A stretch of DNA of 50,254 nucleotides, from NCBI RefSeq assembly GCF_006345805.1, contig NW_021835780.1:1-50254 (forward strand), read 5' to 3'. Of the stretch, positions 1 through 12,095 are shown in pieces. Below the pieces are notes generated by a model, which made no database searches, was not told where the DNA came from, and saw only the letters and a program-made list of their open reading frames with translations. The DNA comes from Octopus sinensis. Lineage: Eukaryota. Each line of letters starts with the position of its first letter. The first letter of the stretch is position 1. Both the position numbers and the translations under genes were made by a program.

Positions 1-19
1 CTAAAAACGTATACTGTTC

Positions 20-195
20 AGATAAGGGAATAAATATAAACGGATGCATGCTTAAATCATCTCCAGTTCGCAGATGATGTTGTACTCTTTTCCGGGAGCA
101 TTAAGGATCAACGGAAGTACTCAGAGATCTAAAATAAGGAAGTAAAAAATGTGGACTCAGAATTAATATTCGTAAAACAAAGATAATCTTCAACG
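20..195 (+). mobile_element. Degenerate RTE-clade LINE reverse transcriptase fragment
   Basis: Frameshifted translation KGININGCML/HLQFADDVVLFS.../KKCGLRINIRKTKIIFN resembles the RTE RT motif around F/YADD and the GL.IN..KTK motif. Confidence 0.75.
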
Positions 196-341
196 GTCTA
201 ACCACAGCTAAAAATAAGAATATTTTCACCCTCATTACGTCAGCAAATGGACGAACAAATTTGAGTTGGGGGCTGCAGAGGCATTACATTAAGTATGGCA
301 GCCACCGGTTAACTAGTTGTTCAACTAATATTCTACTTTGT

Positions 342-955
342 CAAGGCGGCGAGCTGGCAGAAATACTTAACGGTATTTCGTCTGACTTTATGTTCTGAGT
401 TCAAATTCCGCCCAGATCGACTTTGCCTTTCATCCTTTCGGGGTCGATAAATTAAGTACCAGTTGCGTACAGGGGGTCGATCTAATCAACTGGCTCCCTC
501 GTCTAAAATTTCGAGCCTTGTACCTAGAGTAGAAAAGAATATATGTTTACGGCGGCGAACTTGCAGAAACGTTAGCACGCCGGGCGAAATGCTTGGCGGT
601 ATTTCGTCTGTCTTTACGTCCGAGTTCAAATTCCGCCGACGTCGACTTTGCCTTTCATCTTTTCAGGGGCGATAAATTAAGTACCAGTTGCGTACTGGGG
701 TCACTCTAATCGACTGGCCCCCTCCCCAAAATTTTGGGCCTTGTGCTTAGAGTAGGAAAGAAACGTTAGCACACCGGGCGAAATGCTTAGTGGTGTTTCG
801 TCTGTCTTTACTATCTGATTTGACACTCCGCCAAGGCCAACTTTGCCATTCATCCTTTCAGGGTCGATAAATTAAGTACCAGTTGCGTATTGGGATCGAT
901 CTAATCGACTGACTCCTCCCCAAAACTTTCAGGCCTTGTGCCCAGAGTAGAAAAG
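342..955 (+). mobile_element. Head-to-tail trimer of tRNA-derived SINE family A, flanked by a 15-bp target-site duplication
   Basis: Three units (~345-540, ~550-761, ~760-955) with A-box-like GAGCTGGCAG, B-box GAGTTCAAATTCC and core TTTGCCTTTCATCCTTTCGGGGTCGATAAATTAAGTACCAG; AATATTCTACTTTGT at 327-341 and 956-970. Confidence 0.85.
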
Positions 956-1146
956 AATATTCTACTTTGTTTTCAGTCTTGAAGAAATTACAGGAATATG
1001 AACAACTAATACTAAGCACCCATGTACAAGTGATACTGTACCGTTGGGCCAACTGAGTGAGTGTGTGTTCTAGCAATTTACGGGAGTTTCGTTTTACTTT
1101 CATTTCACCCTCTTTTTTGGTGTGTGGGTGTGGGCTTCTATTGCAG

Positions 1147-1292
1147 GTAACAGAATTTGCAAACCCAGTCATAGTTTATTCAGCGATTTCGTATATATCG
1201 ATCCAGACGGATTTTGTCAAAGCATGCTGCTTGTGAGTACATGTTACTGCCCAATATGGAAGAAATGCGCCTAACGTTCTCATTCGCTGCAG
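1147..1292 (+). CDS. Possible exon encoding a Cys-rich C-terminal peptide (stop at 1272-1274)
   Basis: Pyrimidine-rich upstream with TTGCAG| acceptor and CAG|GTATGA donor; frame reads (G)NRICKPSHSLFSDFVYIDPDGFCQSMLLVSTCYCPIWKKCA*; non-repetitive sequence; no homolog recognised. Confidence 0.3.
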
Positions 1293-1317
1293 GTATGAGT
1301 TCTGTCTACCTTCGATT

Positions 1318-1508
1318 TACGAGAGGTGGGGTGCCGAAAAATTCCTGGATTCGTGTAAAAGAAAATACAGAAGGAACACTTCATTAGGATTACATTCAAC
1401 ATATTCCTAGAGTGTTTCGAAATCCTGAAAAAGAACTCTGAGATTGATCCTCCAACCAGGCCTTTCGCGAAACCCTTAAAGCTAGGAACTTTTCTGCAGC
1501 CTATCATA
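1318..1508. mobile_element. Mariner/Tc1-type MITE
   Basis: Degenerate TIRs TACGAGAGGTGGGGTGCCGAAAAATTCCTGG ... CTAGGAACTTTTCTGCAGCCTATCATA with TA ends; ~190 bp, non-coding. Confidence 0.6.
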
Positions 1509-1686
1509 TATATATATATATGCATTGGGTTTTTAACAAAGCGCAACAACAGGAAATGTCATCGCGTGACGAACACCACAGTAAATTTTTCCATATCTGG
1601 GTTTAATCATATTAAGTATAATACACAGTAACTATTTTAGTCTTATATGAGGTGTGTGTATTTATGTAAGCTTGTACGTATGTGTG

Positions 1687-1725
<39 letters not shown>

Positions 1726-1728
<3 letters not shown>

Positions 1729-2213
1729 TTAGAAAAAACACCTTTTATCGATTCAAAATGAAAAATTACACCATCTAGAAAATTACATATAATTCATTTT
1801 GAATTGATAAAAGGTGGTTTTTTTTACTAATTTATATTTTATACTTTGTGAAATTTGATTTAGTATTTCAAAATTGAATTTTCCTCAATAACCATATAAT
1901 CTATCACTATAAGCACGCGTCTCGAAGTAAGCCGACAGAGTGTGCTCATGACTTAGTGTTTGCTTCTTCCATCGGAATAGGTAAGTATTTCATTTATTTC
2001 TTACCGTATTTATCGCTGACGGGGAGAAAATTCTTATAAATTAACTCTGAAATTGGGACCAATACGATAATAACGGAATATTTTAGAAATTTCTGTCGGC
2101 TTACTTCAAGACGCGTGCATATAGTGATAAATTATATGGTTGTTCACGATTTGTCTATTTTCGGCATATTTGGCATTAGAATATTTTCTTTTGCCCTTGT
2201 TTATAAGTTGTTT
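1726..2213 (+). mobile_element. Penelope-like non-coding terminal fragment(s) with two inverted repeats and a hammerhead, between (TA)n tracts
   Basis: IR 1726-1762/1791-1832; IR 1889-1948/2088-2141; hammerhead in the spacer of the second IR. Confidence 0.6.
2004..2076 (+). ncRNA. Type I hammerhead ribozyme motif (core CUGACGG, A9G)
   Basis: Helix I TTATCG/CGATAA extended past an internal loop by CCGT/ACGG; CTGACGG; helix II GGAG..CTCT; GAAA; helix III ATTGG-GA-CCAAT; cleavage triplet AUA. Confidence 0.7.
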
Positions 2214-2267
2214 ATATATATATAGTGTGTGTGTGTGTGTGTGTGAGTGTATGTATGTATATATATG

Positions 2268-2351
<84 letters not shown>

Positions 2352-2371
2352 ATATATATATTATGTATATA

Positions 2372-2414
<43 letters not shown>

Positions 2415-2766
2415 ATTGTATATGTATGCATAGACAGATAATCACAGACAGACAGAGGGAGACATGTGATTTAGTATGTAAGTAACTCTACCAACCAAGA
2501 TAAGACCACCAATAAGAAATGCTGACAACATATACATCACCGACAGACAGCCGTACATGGACAAACAGACCCGCAAATCGATAACACATCTGATGAAGTA
2601 AACGTAGATTATTATATATTTTTTTATGTATGTTTGTGCGCGCGTGTGTGTGTGTGTGTCTGTGTCTGTATATGTATTTATATTATATACATACATATAT
2701 ATATTTGTATTTATATACATACATATATATATATATTATATATATATAAATATATGTATATATATC

Positions 2767-2823
<57 letters not shown>

Positions 2824-2954
2824 GTGTATATATAGATATATATATGTAAATATGTGTGTATATATATGTATATATGTGAATATTTATATACATGAGCATA
2901 TGTATATATATTATATAATTTAAAGGCAATCTAGTTGTGGCAATAATATATTAC

Positions 2955-2996
<42 letters not shown>

Positions 2997-3091
2997 TATA
3001 TATATATAATATATAATCTATATATATATATATATAATATATACAGATATATATATATATATTACAAATATATATATATATATATATAATC

Positions 3092-3135
<44 letters not shown>

Positions 3136-3192
3136 GTATATATATATATATATAATATATATATTATATATATCTATATATAATATATATAT
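2213..3192. repeat. Compound (TA)n/(TG)n/(GACA)n microsatellite region
   Basis: Direct reading of the sequence. Confidence 0.95.
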
Positions 3193-3484
3193 TATTTCCA
3201 CTGTTAAATGTCCTTTAAATGATTTTTTACCGCCACAATCCGCCATCGTCGTCGTCGCCAATGTGTAGCGATTCTGGATTCTACTCAGGTTAAGTGAATG
3301 TTCGTCTCTATAGATCTCATGTCGAATAGTAATCATTATATCTGTGTCACACATTCTCATCCATGAAGTTCGTGCGGAAAGACATATAAATCAGCGAGAC
3401 AGTTACCTATTTTACAATAAAACTTTCTTTCTGTTTTCATAGCCATTGATTTACGTTTCAGGAGGCAGCGATTCTTTTGATCGC

Positions 3485-3697
3485 TGTTGTTGTTGTTGTT
3501 GTTGTAGTTGTTGTTTTTGTTGTTGTTGTTTCTGCTCTTGTTATTGTTGTTCTTGTGGCTGGTTATTCTAGTCGTTGCAGTAAATTTAACTGCTGCCATT
3601 GCTGGTGGCGCTGATGAACCTCTGATGATGATGATGATCATGATCATGATAATGATCATGGTGATGAAGTTGATAGTGATGGTGGTTGTGGTAGTGG

Positions 3698-3730
<33 letters not shown>

Positions 3731-3936
3731 CGACAAGAACGTCGATGGTCACGATGATGTCAACGACGACGATGATGGTGGGGATGAAGTTGTGGTGGTG
3801 GTGGTGGTGTTGATGATGATGTTGATGATGATGATGATAATGATGATGACGACGACGACGATGATGCTCGTGATGATGATAATGATGATGTCGATGTTGA
3901 TGATAATGACGATGATGCTCATGATGCTGCTGCTAC

Positions 3937-3969
<33 letters not shown>

Positions 3970-4577
3970 CTACATAGTTATAGTTTTGCTGTTTCTGTTA
4001 GTGATATTGCTGCAACTGGTTTTTGTTGTTCGTACTAATGTTGTACTTGTTATGGGCAGTATTATTATTATTATCATTTTTCTTGTTGTTGTTGCTGCTG
4101 CTGCTACTGTTACTAATAGTGCTATTGTTGTTATTATTGTTGTAGTTATTGCTTCTGTTCATCCTATGCCGTATTCCCGCCGCAACATCTGACACAGGTT
4201 GTTAACAGTTCTTCTGACGCTGTAGGAAGCGAAATCTTCACATCAAAGAAACAGGCACCTATATTTCAAAGATGCAAAGGAAAGAGGAAGTAATTTCCCA
4301 AAATATTAAGAAATATATTTACCATTATCGTTTTCTTCTTCTTCTTCTTCTTCTTCTTCTTCTTCTTCTTCTTCTTCTTCTTCTTCTTCTTCTTCTTCTT
4401 CTCCTCCTTCTTCTTCTTCTTCTTCTCCTTCTTCTTCTTCTTCTTCTTCTTCTTTTTCTTTTCTTCTTCTTCTTCTTCTTCTTCTTCTTCTTCTTCTTCT
4501 TTTCTTCTTCTTCTTCTCTACTTCTCTTCCTCTTCTTCTTCTTCATCATCATCATCATAATCATCATTATCATAATG

Positions 4578-4609
<32 letters not shown>

Positions 4610-4649
4610 AATCATCATCACCATTATCATCATCATCATCATCACCATT

Positions 4650-4694
<45 letters not shown>

Positions 4695-4702
4695 TCACCA
4701 TT

Positions 4703-4756
<54 letters not shown>

Positions 4757-4790
4757 GTCGCCGTCATCATTGCCATCATCAATTTTGGCG
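3485..4790. repeat. Compound trinucleotide microsatellites (TTG, GAT, GGT, CTT, CAT)
   Basis: Direct reading; source of the poly-L/M/I/R ORFs in the track. Confidence 0.95.
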
Positions 4791-5102
4791 CTATTAACAT
4801 CTCCCTCGCCTTTTCCTCCTTCTTGACCCATATCCTTCAAGGGAAAACATCTGCTTTCATGTGGAGGAAAAAAGATCAAACACGTTCGATTTTATTCGCA
4901 TAGGGTTCAATATCTGTTAATATAAATGCTTACGTATACAAAGGCACATACACACATGCGTATATTCACGCACACATTCATAATACCTACATTTACACAC
5001 GCTTGTACGCATACACATGTTTAAGCGCACACACGGACACACACACAACGGTTGGTAATGTACTTATCTGTACTGGTGCAGACACATATACAAAAACATA
5101 AA

Positions 5103-5157
<55 letters not shown>

Positions 5158-5191
5158 ATACGTTTGCAACTCACGCACACACAGACACAGA

Positions 5192-5235
<44 letters not shown>

Positions 5236-5242
5236 TATATAT

Positions 5243-5482
5243 TCTTTTATTCTTTTACTTGTTTTAGACATTTGACTGCGGCCATGCTGGAGCACCGCCT
5301 TTAGTTGAGCAAATCGATCCCAGAGCATGTCCTTTGTAAGCATAGGACTTATTCTATCGGTCTCTTTTGCCAAACCAATAAGTTACGGGGACGTAAATAC
5401 ACCACCACCGGTTGTCAATCGATGTTGGGGAGACAAACACAGACACACAAACATACACCACACACACACACACACATATATG

Positions 5483-5500
<18 letters not shown>
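5243..5500 (-). mobile_element. SINE family B, 3' half
   Basis: Reverse complement of family tail ...GGCGGTGCTCCAGCATGGCCGCAGTCAAATG.CT.AAACAAGTAAAAG seen in other copies. Confidence 0.85.
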
Positions 5501-5532
<32 letters not shown>

Positions 5533-5539
5533 TGGAGGG

Positions 5540-6033
5540 GCTAGTGGCGCAGGAGTGACTAGTGCCGCGGAGTGGATAGTGGCGGCAGGAGTGACTAGTG
5601 GGCAGGAGTGGCTAGTGCGCAGGAGTGACTGTGTGGTAAGTAGACTTGCTAACCAACCACATGGTTCTGGTTCAGTCCCACTGCGTGGCATCTTGGGCAA
5701 GTGTCTTCTGCTATAGCCCCGGGTCGACCAATGCTTGTGAGTGGATTTGGTAGATGGAAACTGAAAGAAGCCTGTCGTATATATATGTATATTATATATA
5801 TATAATGTGTGTGTGTATATGTTGTGTGTCTGGTTGTCCCCCTAGCATTGCTTGACAACCGATGCTGGTGTGTTACGTCCCCGTCACTTAGCGGTTCGGC
5901 AAAAGAGACCGATAGAATAAGTACTGGGCTTACAAAAAGAATAAGTCCCGGGGTCGAGTTGCTCGACTAAAGGCGGTGCTCCAGCATGGCCGCAGTCAAA
6001 TGACTGAAACAAGTAAAAGAGTAAAGAGTAAGA
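5540..6033 (+). mobile_element. SINE family B, full length, with tandemly repeated 5' head
   Basis: tRNA-like head (GTGTGGTAAG...GGTTCAGTCCC), body GGGCAAGTGTCTTC...GGAAACTGAAAGAAGCC, internal (TA)/(TG) tract, conserved tail. Confidence 0.9.
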
Positions 6034-6309
6034 GTATATATATATATATGGAGAGAAATAAAAAATAAAAAATACAGTATGTATTAGATTTACGGTCGGA
6101 AAAAAAGAGATGGAGTTTCTTTTTTGTACAATTTCAGCATATGTTCTTCTATTGAAAGACAGGAAAGAAAACGGGGAACGAAAGGAACAAATGTGTCTTA
6201 ATTAAACAGTAACTGCATTTGTATATCCATGTTTTCTATTCAAGTGTGTGTGAAGCTACCCAAAGTATGTGTGCGCATGTGCAAATGTGCGTCACAGACT
6301 TTTATAATA

Positions 6310-6343
<34 letters not shown>

Positions 6344-6375
6344 TAATAATAATAATGATGATGATGATGCAGTAT

Positions 6376-6935
6376 AAATGCCCTGATGCAGTACCAGGCA
6401 GTGGCTTTCATGGCTTCTGATCTTAACTGATTGGAAGTGTTATCATGTACATTGTTTTGTCTCGGTATAAAAGATGGGCTACAGCAAATATTCTGCTCAA
6501 TACCACAGATTTGCTTGTCAGTTGTTTGACCTTACCCAGTTGAGCATGTCCCTTCTGTGGCTGATAATATGTGCATCTCTGATCACGAGCAGAAGTAGTG
6601 GGGGAGCATCATAGCCGTGTGTTGAGAGGGATTCTTTGGGGTTTGAATAATTCACCTCTGGAAACATGGGTGTTTCGTTCAACATCCTTAAACAACCCTT
6701 ACTCAGGGACCTTTTGAGTATGATGGGTTACTCGACCAGAAGAAAATTCTAACTGGGCATCCACCTGCAAGGTCATGTGCTGTTTATCTTGTTTTGAAAT
6801 CAACATATCGCGCACATATGGTTGTGATGCATGTGCCTAGTGTAGCTTTATCCGATGGGTAGTCATGATGGGTATACTGGGTTTCGTATATTTTACCCCA
6901 GTGTCACTTTGATGGCATGAACTGCTCTCTCACTC
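6376..6935 (+). mobile_element. ~560-bp non-coding element embedded in (AAT)n, copy 1
   Basis: Same start (AAAT.CCCTGATGCAGTACC) and end (CTCTCTCACTC-(AAT)n) as 42301-42857, colinear throughout. Confidence 0.85.
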
Positions 6936-6991
<56 letters not shown>

Positions 6992-7070
6992 TAAAAATAA
7001 TATAATAATAAAATAATACTAATAATAATAATAATAATTAATAACAATAATAATAATAATATAATAATAA

Positions 7071-7115
<45 letters not shown>

Positions 7116-7120
7116 TAATA

Positions 7121-7303
7121 ACGGAGGCTGTAATCTGTGCTGTCCAAGATCAAACTATATAAAATACAGAATAGACAACACAGCAGAAAGTGATATGTGC
7201 AGAATCTGTGGACAAAACGGTGAAACCGTATGGCATATTACCAGCCAATGTACGCCAATAGGCCAGAAGGAATATAAGAGACGCCACGACAATATAGCCA
7301 GGC
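7121..7303 (+). mobile_element. R4/Dong-type non-LTR fragment, subfamily 2 (CCHC zinc-knuckle region)
   Basis: TEAVICAVQDQ/YIKYRIDNTAESDMCRICGQNGETVWHITSQCTPIGQKEYKRRHDNIAR, homologous to the CRICG..ET..HI.S.C..L...EY..RHD segment at 8670-8770. Confidence 0.8.
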
Positions 7304-7343
<40 letters not shown>

Positions 7344-7405
7344 GCAACAATAACAATAACAACAATAACAATAACAACAATAATAATAGCAACAAAAATA
7401 ATAAC

Positions 7406-7443
<38 letters not shown>

Positions 7444-7498
7444 TAATAATAATAACAATAATAACAATAATAATAATAATAATAATAACAATAACAAC

Positions 7499-7530
<32 letters not shown>

Positions 7531-7555
7531 CAATAATAATAATAATAATATCAAC

Positions 7556-7587
<32 letters not shown>

Positions 7588-7591
7588 TAAA

Positions 7592-7622
<31 letters not shown>

Positions 7623-7741
7623 TTAAGAACAATAACAACAATAACAATAACAACAAAAACAATAACAACAATAACAAAAACAACAACAATAATAATGATA
7701 ATAATAATAACAATAATAATAATAATAATAACAATAAGAAG

Positions 7742-7773
<32 letters not shown>

Positions 7774-8068
7774 CAACAACAACAATAATAATAATAATAA
7801 TAACAACAACAACAGCAACAACAACAACAACAATAATAATAATAATAATAACAGCAATAACGACAACAATAATAATAATAATAATACAAACAATAATAAT
7901 AATAATATTAATAATAATAATAATAACAATAACAACAATAATAATAATAATAATAATGATAATAATAATAATAATAATAATAATAATATTAATAACAATA
8001 ACAACAATAACAACAATAACAATAACAACAATAATAATAACAACAATAATAATAATAATAATAACAAA

Positions 8069-8099
<31 letters not shown>

Positions 8100-8150
8100 C
8101 AATAACAACAACAATAATAATAATTATTATTATTATTGTTATTATTATTA

Positions 8151-8188
<38 letters not shown>

Positions 8189-8249
8189 GTTGTTATTATT
8201 TTTGTTGCTATTATTATTGTTGTTATTGTTATTGTTGCTATTGTTATTA

Positions 8250-9319
8250 TGGCTCACGAAGGGGAAAACCATCTTAATTCCCAAATCAAATGAAACAACA
8301 AAACCAGAAAACTACAGACCAATAACCTGCCTCCCTACTATGTTCAAGGCATTTACTGCAGTGATATCGCAAAGGCTGAACAAGCACCTGGACGAAAACA
8401 AACTGTTCCCAGAAGAGCAGAAAGGATGCCGCAAAGGCTCATATGGCTGTAAAGATCAACTAATGATAAAACGATGGCAAGAAAAGCCCCTTCATGGTAA
8501 ATACTGCACTAAACTAAACGCAAAAGAAATAGACAAAGAAAAATCCCAGCAATGGTTGAGAAGCTCAGGACTCAAAGCAGAAACAGAGGGATTTTTAATT
8601 GCAGCACAAGACCACAGCCTCCCCACCAGAAATTACCAAAAACATGTAATGAAAAGAAATATTACAAGTAACTGCAGAATATGTGGAGATGGACAAGAAA
8701 CAATAAATCATATTATCTCTAGCTGCCCAGTCCTGGCTAAGAAGGAATATATTCACAGACATGACAGAGTTGGAACCTACATACATTGGAAGCTATGCCA
8801 ACATTATGGAATAACAACAGAAAAAAGATGGTATAGGCACACACCAGAAAAGGTCACAGAAAACGAGAAAGCAACCATACTCTGGGATATGCCGATACAC
8901 ACAGATAGAGAATTAAGGCCAACAGACCAGATATAGTTGTCAGAGATCATGCTTTCTAATGATGTATCAATACCGGCAGATGACAACGTGTCTCTAAAAG
9001 AAATGGAGAAACTCTCAAAATACAAAGACCTGGAAATAGAGGTAACTAGAATGTGGAACCTGAAAACAGAAACAATTCCTATCATAGTAGGTGCATTAGG
9101 CATGATAAAAAATATTCAGACAAATACATAACAAAAACACCAGGACTTACAAACACATATAACATACAGAAAATTGCACTACTAGGCACTGCACACATCC
9201 TACGCAGAACACTTTCCATACAATAACCATCAGAGCATCACAACAAATCACAGCACATACCCAAGGCACACAGAGCTGCGCTCGGTAGTGAAGTGAAAGC
9301 ACGCTATAAAATAAAACTA

Positions 9320-9322
<3 letters not shown>
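8250..9322 (+). mobile_element. R4/Dong-clade (RLE-type) non-LTR retrotransposon, 5'-truncated, RT core deleted
   Basis: GKTILIPK...NYRPITCLPT...EEQKGCRKGSYGCKDQL joined to WQEKPLHG...TEGFLIAAQD...CRICG..ETINHIISSC...RHD...RPDIVV..DVSIP..KE.EK..KY...QKIALLGTAHILRRTL* (stop 9224-9226); 3'UTR ends in (AAT)n. Confidence 0.9.
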
Positions 9323-9363
<41 letters not shown>

Positions 9364-9452
9364 CAATAACAACAATAACAATAACAACAATAATAATAAC
9401 AGCAAAAATAATAAGAACAATAATAATAATAATAATAATAATAACAATAATA

Positions 9453-9507
<55 letters not shown>

Positions 9508-9556
9508 TAACAACAATAATAATAATAATGATAATAACAACAACAATAATAATAAT

Positions 9557-10887
9557 GTGGCAGGGACTGTCTAACACAGCTCTTACACCACATTAAAGAT
9601 GTACTCAAAGCCTTGGGAACAGGTTCGAACTCTGACGTCATATACCTTGACTTCAGTAAAGCGTTCGACAGGGTAGACCATAACATCCTACTCTCAAAAT
9701 TGGCAAATGTTGGAATCCGTGGAAAAGTTCTACACTGGATTCAGTATTTCCTAGCGAATAGAACACAACATGTTGTAGTTGATGGAGTCCACTCAAACCC
9801 AGCAAAAGTCACCAGCGGTGTTCCCCAGGGAACTGTTTTGGGTCCGCTACTCTTCCTAATTTATGTAAACGACCTTTCCAGTGTCGTACATCACTGCAAA
9901 ATGAAAATATTCGCTGATGACACTAAGCTCCAGCAAATCGTCAATGAAGAAGCAGACCGAACTCAACTCCAGTCTGACCTATATGCTGTGAGTCAATGGG
10001 CAGACAGAAACAAAATGCAACTGAATGAGGAAAATTTGAGCTGATGCATTTTGGAAGAAATTCCTCACTAAAACAACCCACTCTCTTCCTTCAGGGGAAC
10101 CGCTCACAGCCTCTAACAATATCAGAGACCTGGGTGTAATTGTTGATGACGATCTCAGTTGGAGTGCACACATCAACAAGAAGGTCGATACAGCTCGTAG
10201 GATGAGTTCCTGGATCTTAAGAACTTTCCGGTCCAGAGAACAAGGTGTCATCATACCACTTTTTTCATCCTTTGTACGGCCACACCTTGAATACTGCTGC
10301 CCACTGTGGTCTCCTCACACAAGACAAAACATCTCCAGAATTGAGTCACCCCAGAGGGCTCTCACTAAACAAATTGAAGGCATGGCTGCTCTCGACTATT
10401 GGGATCGCCTTAAAGCCTTGAAACTTTACTCCCTCCAGCGTCGCCGTGAGCGGTATCATTTGTACGATGTGAAAATATACCGCCAACTTTGCCAAAACGA
10501 CCTAAACATTAGCTTAGGTTCATCCGAGACTTGGACCACGGGCTATACGTCCCCTGCCAATTCAAGATCACAACATACATGTACACTGCAACATAATTTC
10601 TTTTCCTCAACAGGGAGATCAAAGAGGAAAAGGATCCATCAACTTCAAACAGAGTCTGGATAGATTCCTTCAAAGAATACCAGATAAGCCACCCATAATT
10701 GGATACAAACTCACCCAACAAGAACTCACTACTTGAACAAACTGATACAACTCACCCAACAAGAACTCACTACTTGAACAAAACTTGACTTAAACAGGAT
10801 TCGAATAATCCTATCAGGTGGTGCTATTAAGTTAGACATGGCCTGGACTAATCTCTGGTCGAAACATATCTAAGTTTATCTAAGTTT
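9557..10887 (+). mobile_element. CR1-type LINE, 5'-truncated (RT domain to 3'UTR), frameshifted
   Basis: DVIYLDFSKAFDRVDH, SGVPQGTVLGPLLFLIYVND, FADDTK, VRPHLEYC..WSP, LYSLQRRRER; 3' stem-loop and ATCTAAGTTT x2 tail; (AAT)n on both sides. Confidence 0.9.
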
Positions 10888-11121
10888 AATAATAATAATA
10901 ACAATAACAATAATAAAAATAACAATAACAATAACAACAATAATAATAACAACAATAATAATAACAACAATAATAATAATAATAATAACAATAATAATAA
11001 TAACAATAATAATAATAATAATAATAATAACAATAACAACAATAATAATAATAAAAATAATAATAACAACAATAATAATAATAATATCAACAATAATAAT
11101 AATAATAACAATAACAATAAC

Positions 11122-11156
<35 letters not shown>

Positions 11157-11439
11157 CAACAATAACAACAATAATAATAACAACAATAATAATAACAACA
11201 GTAATAATAACAATAATAATATTAATAATAACAATAATAATAATAACAATAATAATAATAATAATAACAATAACAACAATAATGATAATAATAATAATAA
11301 TAACAATAATAATAATAATAATAATAATGATAATAACAATAACAATAATAATAATAACAATAATAATAATAATAATAATTATAATAATAATAAGAAGAAG
11401 AAGAAGAAGAAGAACAACAACAACAACAATAATAATAAT

Positions 11440-11612
11440 CACATATAACATACAGAAAATTGCACTACTAGGCACTGCCCACATCCTACGCAGAACACTT
11501 TCCATACAATAACCATCAGAGCATCACAACAAATCACAGCACATACCCAAGGCACACAGAGCTGCGCTCGGTAGTGAAGTGAAAGCACGCTATAAAAATA
11601 AAAATAAAACTA

Positions 11613-11615
<3 letters not shown>
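11440..11615 (+). mobile_element. R4/Dong-type 3' terminal fragment, near-identical to 9155-9322
   Basis: TYNIQKIALLGTAHILRRTLSIQ* plus the same 3'UTR and (AAT)n tail. Confidence 0.9.
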
Positions 11616-11658
<43 letters not shown>

Positions 11659-11660
11659 TA

Positions 11661-11912
11661 TTGAAGATAGTGCCAATTATTGTTGGGTCCGTGGGGACAG
11701 TCTCAAAAGGCATCAAGAAAAATATACAGGAAATCGGAATAGAGTGCCCGGTAGAACTGTCACAAAAGATTTCTCTCCTTGGCACAACCAGAAAAATCAG
11801 GAAATTATTAGATAGCTGAAAAGATCCGATAGCATGGTCTCGTAGGTTTCAGGCAGCAAGCCCTCTATCCATGCATGACTCCAGGAGTTACAATAAAACC
11901 TGAGATAAAAAG
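11661..11912 (+). mobile_element. R4/Dong-type 3' terminal fragment, divergent subfamily
   Basis: LKIVPIIVGSVGTVSK/IKKNIQEIGIECPVELSQKISLLGTTRKIRKLLDS*, homologous to the C-terminus at 9060-9226. Confidence 0.75.
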
Positions 11913-12022
11913 AAGAAAAAACAATAACAATAATAACTGCTCCAAAAATAGGTTATAGATTGACTTGTTCTCGTTAATAATAATAATTACAATAACAATA
12001 ATAATAATAATAATAATAATAA

Positions 12023-12095
<73 letters not shown>

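Noticed and set aside
2140-3192. Many YI/HT/CV-repeat ORFs here and throughout the window
   Set aside because: Translations of dinucleotide microsatellites with no coding signal
3357-4260. Possible Asn/His-rich exon or short terminal exon on the minus strand
   Set aside because: Frames are broken by stops, the sequence is dominated by trinucleotide repeats and no domain is recognisable; cannot be supported without RNA data
5540-5632. CRISPR-like short repeats
   Set aside because: No unique spacers, eukaryotic context, derived from a SINE end
7238-8284. 348-aa and 254-aa poly-I/poly-L ORFs
   Set aside because: Stop-free frames of (AAT/AAC)n arrays
10702-10785. 41-bp tandem duplication
   Set aside because: Local slippage within the CR1-type 3' region with no independent significance
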